From Candidatus Sericytochromatia bacterium (GTDB lineage Bacteria > Cyanobacteriota > Sericytochromatia > S15B-MN24 > JAQBPE01): DNA of 64,000 bases. Each line of letters begins with the position of its first letter. The stretch's first letter is position 1. Positions 61,216 to 64,000 of this stretch are shown one piece after another. The stretch is taken from contig JBBAPZ010000006.1 in the NCBI GenBank assembly GCA_040400605.1, forward strand, positions 73,485 to 137,484, given 5' to 3'. The notes beneath the pieces are model-generated. The model made no database searches. It saw only the letters and a program-made list of their open reading frames with translations, and was not told where the DNA came from. A program made the translations under genes and the position numbers.

Positions 61216-62502
61216 ATGAACGTTAGACGTAGGCAAGTGAACCGTCGGCGCGGGCCGGGTTGGCGCGAATACATCTTGGCATTGAGTTTGACGGTGACGG
61301 CGGGTCTTGGAGTCGGTATCGCGGTCGGGCAGTCGATTGATCAAGATGTGCCGCTTTCCGATGATCCCACCGCCATTGAGAGCCCGGAACCACCGCGCAC
61401 GGTGTCGTTGCTGCCACGCCTTCACGCACCGATGAACATTTTGTTGATGGCAACCGATGTTCATTACGAATACAGGCAAGGCAAGCGCTTGATGGACCTG
61501 CGCGGCAACACCGATACGATGCTGCTCGCACGCGTTGAGCCCACTCCCATAAATGTGCGGGTGCTCTCCATTCCAAGGGATACGAGGGTACCCATTCCGG
61601 GCCACGGGACGTTCAAGATAAACGCAGCTAACCCATATGGCGGGCCGACGCTGTCTGCTCAAGTCGTTGCAAATCTGTTAAATGTCCCGGTCGATCGCTA
61701 TGTTTTGATCAATACCCGTGCAGTGGTAAAGCTGGTCGACGAGATGGGCGGGGTTGACCTCTTCGTGCCGAAAAATCTCCATTACGACGACAACACAGGG
61801 GGCTTGCACATTCATCTGCGCAAAGGCAACAATCACCTGAGCGGGCAAGCGGCGCACGATTTTTTACGCTTTCGGCATGACGAACTGGGTGATATCGGCC
61901 GTGTGCAGAGGCAGCAGATGTTTTTACAAGCCCTGGTCCAGCAATACTTTACGCCGACCAATCTGCTCAAGACACCACAGTTGCTGGCAACCGCGAAAGA
62001 GAATCTCGAAACCAACCTGTCAAACGAAGAACTGATTCGCCTTGTGACCACCATCAAAGACATCGACCGCGATAAAGTGTGGATGACGATGGTCCCAGGA
62101 GTCGCCGGCAGTCGCGACGGGGTGAGCTATTGGTTATCTGATCCCGCGGGAACCGAACGGGTCGTAAGCACCTTTTTAACCGGTCAGATGGCGCCCGAGG
62201 CACGTCTGCCGAATCGCTACCGAGTGGCCATCAGGGACGGCATCGGCAACCGTCAAGGTGTGCGTGCCCTTAAGTCACTCGTCACCCGGGCGGGATACGG
62301 TCGTGTGGATGTCGATGGTCTCGCCGCGCAGCTTGGTCTGGAAAAAACCCAAATCATCGCTCAAAATGCAGATGTGGCCGGCGCTGAAGTACTCGCAGCG
62401 ACCTTGGGGGTTGGACAGGTGGTGGTGGCCGCCACCGGCAATATTTACAGTGATTTCACCGTGGTCATCGGTCGCGACTGGAAAGGGGACAGCCCCCATT
62501 GA
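61216..62502 (+). CDS. LCP (LytR-CpsA-Psr) protein with LytR_C domain
   Basis: TM, NTDTMLL, SIPRDT, KINAA, LRFRHD..GDIGRVQRQQ, C-terminal TVVIGRD. Confidence 0.95.
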   Translation: MNVRRRQVNRRRGPGWREYILALSLTVTAGLGVGIAVGQSIDQDVPLSDDPTAIESPEPPRTVSLLPRLHAPMNILLMATDVHYEYRQGKRLMDLRGNTDTMLLARVEPTPINVRVLSIPRDTRVPIPGHGTFKINAANPYGGPTLSAQVVANLLNVPVDRYVLINTRAVVKLVDEMGGVDLFVPKNLHYDDNTGGLHIHLRKGNNHLSGQAAHDFLRFRHDELGDIGRVQRQQMFLQALVQQYFTPTNLLKTPQLLATAKENLETNLSNEELIRLVTTIKDIDRDKVWMTMVPGVAGSRDGVSYWLSDPAGTERVVSTFLTGQMAPEARLPNRYRVAIRDGIGNRQGVRALKSLVTRAGYGRVDVDGLAAQLGLEKTQIIAQNADVAGAEVLAATLGVGQVVVAATGNIYSDFTVVIGRDWKGDSPH

Positions 62503-62966
62503 TGCGCCGATCATCGCTCGGGCGAACCGTAGCAAGCGCGTTGCTGTTCAGCATTTGCTTCTGCAGCCGTGCCCAGGCCGAGGTTGAGACAGCGCCTTTG
62601 GCCGTCGTTGTCGACAGGCAGCTACAGGCCGCTCGCCCCAATGTCACAACCAACACGCTCATCTCCGCTTTGTTCCCGGGGACCGCCCAAGCGTATTTGG
62701 GGCACATCGATCATGCCTTGGCTTTGTGGGGCGCCTATCTGTTGATTTTTGGCGTGAGTCGATCCATCATCCCCGATCAGTGGCTGACAGGAGGCCAAAA
62801 AGTCAGTGATATGCTCATCGCCACGTCATTTTTGGGCATGGCCGGGTTCAGCGCGGTGGATGCCTTTGTGCTGACCGAAACCCGCAGACGTGAAATCGAT
62901 GCGGTGCTCAAACAGCTTCGGGCAGGCGAAACGATCCCATTGGAAGAACTGCGCCCGATCCAGTAA
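62499..62966 (+). CDS. Hypothetical membrane protein
   Basis: Signal peptide; SALFPG.AQ.YLG motif; two further TM segments; overlaps the LCP stop. Confidence 0.7.
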   Translation: MMRRSSLGRTVASALLFSICFCSRAQAEVETAPLAVVVDRQLQAARPNVTTNTLISALFPGTAQAYLGHIDHALALWGAYLLIFGVSRSIIPDQWLTGGQKVSDMLIATSFLGMAGFSAVDAFVLTETRRREIDAVLKQLRAGETIPLEELRPIQ

Positions 62967-63016
62967 GCGTCAGTGTCACCGGTGCAGGTGGCATGACCTG
63001 GCGGGCTTTTCCGCCG

Positions 63017-64000
63017 CTACTGGCTCTGTTTGGCAATCAGTTCGAATTGGTATGCCGCGCGAATCGCCGCATCCAGCACATAAATCCTGCCAAGCCCGTC
63101 CGACGCCAAACCGACAGGCTTTTGAAACAAACCATCGCCTACCTTGCCGATTAACACACCGACCGCGTCATACACATACACATTCTTGGTACCGGCGTCA
63201 GCGACAATGACAAACTGGTTGATCGCATCATAAATCACATCCGTCGCATCGCCAAAACGTTCAGTTTTTTCACTGCCTGAGGGCCCCAACGACTGGATCA
63301 CCTGCCCCCGGGCGTCCAACTGCAGCAACTGCTGTTCCGAAAGCGCCCACGCACCGCCACCCTTGATGGCCGCCACCGCACGGACATTCGAGAGCTGACC
63401 GAAAGGCTGTGGCGCTTCACCATCGACATTCAGGCGAGTCACGCCACCAGAATGCGCCACATACAAAGCACCGCTCCCGATATCCACGGTGAGATCACTG
63501 GCTTGTTGGACATCGAGGTCTACCACGCGATCTTTTGTCCCGTTTGTTTTGAAACGCCACAGTTTTTGTGCACCATCAAGCACCCAGATGCGCTGTTGTA
63601 CATCCGAGGCGATCGCCCGAACTGTGTCACCCATCTGATTAACGCCCAACCACTTGGTGTAGTCACCGTATTTACCCAGAAAACGGCCATTTTGAAGGGC
63701 GTACTGCTTCACCATCCCAGTCCGGACCAACGCCGAAGAGTTGGCGTCCAGCACGGACAGGCGCTCAGCATCAACCATCAGCGCCCGCGGGTTCACAAGC
63801 CCCCCCGAGCCGCCCGGCCAACCCTCGGCAAACACCTGGCGCCGCTGATACAGAGCCCGCCGAATCCCACTCTCCCCAAGACCGGGCGCCATCATCAAAT
63901 CCGGCACTTCCGCAGTCTGGGCCTGCTCCACCAAAACGCCATTCGTGCTGATCTGCTTCAAATTGGTCGCGGCGGCCTTGAAGGTATAATTCCCCGCAGG
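63017..64000 (-). CDS. NHL-repeat beta-propeller protein (partial; continues past the right edge)
   Basis: Frame open to 64000; repeated blades, e.g. FQKPVGLASDGLGRIYVLD. Confidence 0.8.
   Translation of the reverse strand, partial: PAGNYTFKAAATNLKQISTNGVLVEQAQTAEVPDLMMAPGLGESGIRRALYQRRQVFAEGWPGGSGGLVNPRALMVDAERLSVLDANSSALVRTGMVKQYALQNGRFLGKYGDYTKWLGVNQMGDTVRAIASDVQQRIWVLDGAQKLWRFKTNGTKDRVVDLDVQQASDLTVDIGSGALYVAHSGGVTRLNVDGEAPQPFGQLSNVRAVAAIKGGGAWALSEQQLLQLDARGQVIQSLGPSGSEKTERFGDATDVIYDAINQFVIVADAGTKNVYVYDAVGVLIGKVGDGLFQKPVGLASDGLGRIYVLDAAIRAAYQFELIAKQSQ

Overview
A 64-kb, gene-dense bacterial chromosomal segment (roughly 55-58% GC by eye) with about 52 CDS and one tRNA-Pro(CGG). I found no CRISPR array, prophage, integrase or IS. 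Housekeeping genes: mdh, corA, miaB, der-rsmA-rluA, panC-cmk, pepA, hspR-clpC, citrate synthase. Other modules: a GldA/F/G-like ABC operon; an Hsp70-like plus GrpE-like pair; c-di-GMP enzymes (GAF-GGDEF and REC-HD-GYP); a DUF4015-kinase-phosphatase-Ig lipoprotein-peptidase run; a ugd/B12 radical SAM/GT4/acyltransferase glycan cluster; and a peptidoglycan-recycling locus. ClpC, the Hsp70/GrpE pair, panC-cmk adjacency and LVGNDSAS repeats suggest (inference only) a non-photosynthetic relative of Cyanobacteria such as Sericytochromatia. Most notable: (1) a single-ORF AnmK-MurQ fusion divergent from nagZ; (2) panC and cmk coupled but unfused; (3) a low-GC 434-codon frame split by one in-frame TAA; (4) at least 25 GCGATCGC (HIP1) sites; (5) G/C skew flipping within co-oriented operons; (6) an LVGNDSAS octapeptide-repeat lipoprotein missed by the ORF track; (7) a triplicated RDHDH loop in the acyltransferase; (8) a possible structured miaB leader. 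All calls come from motif reading without database searches. Many start codons were moved from the ORF track on RBS or motif grounds.
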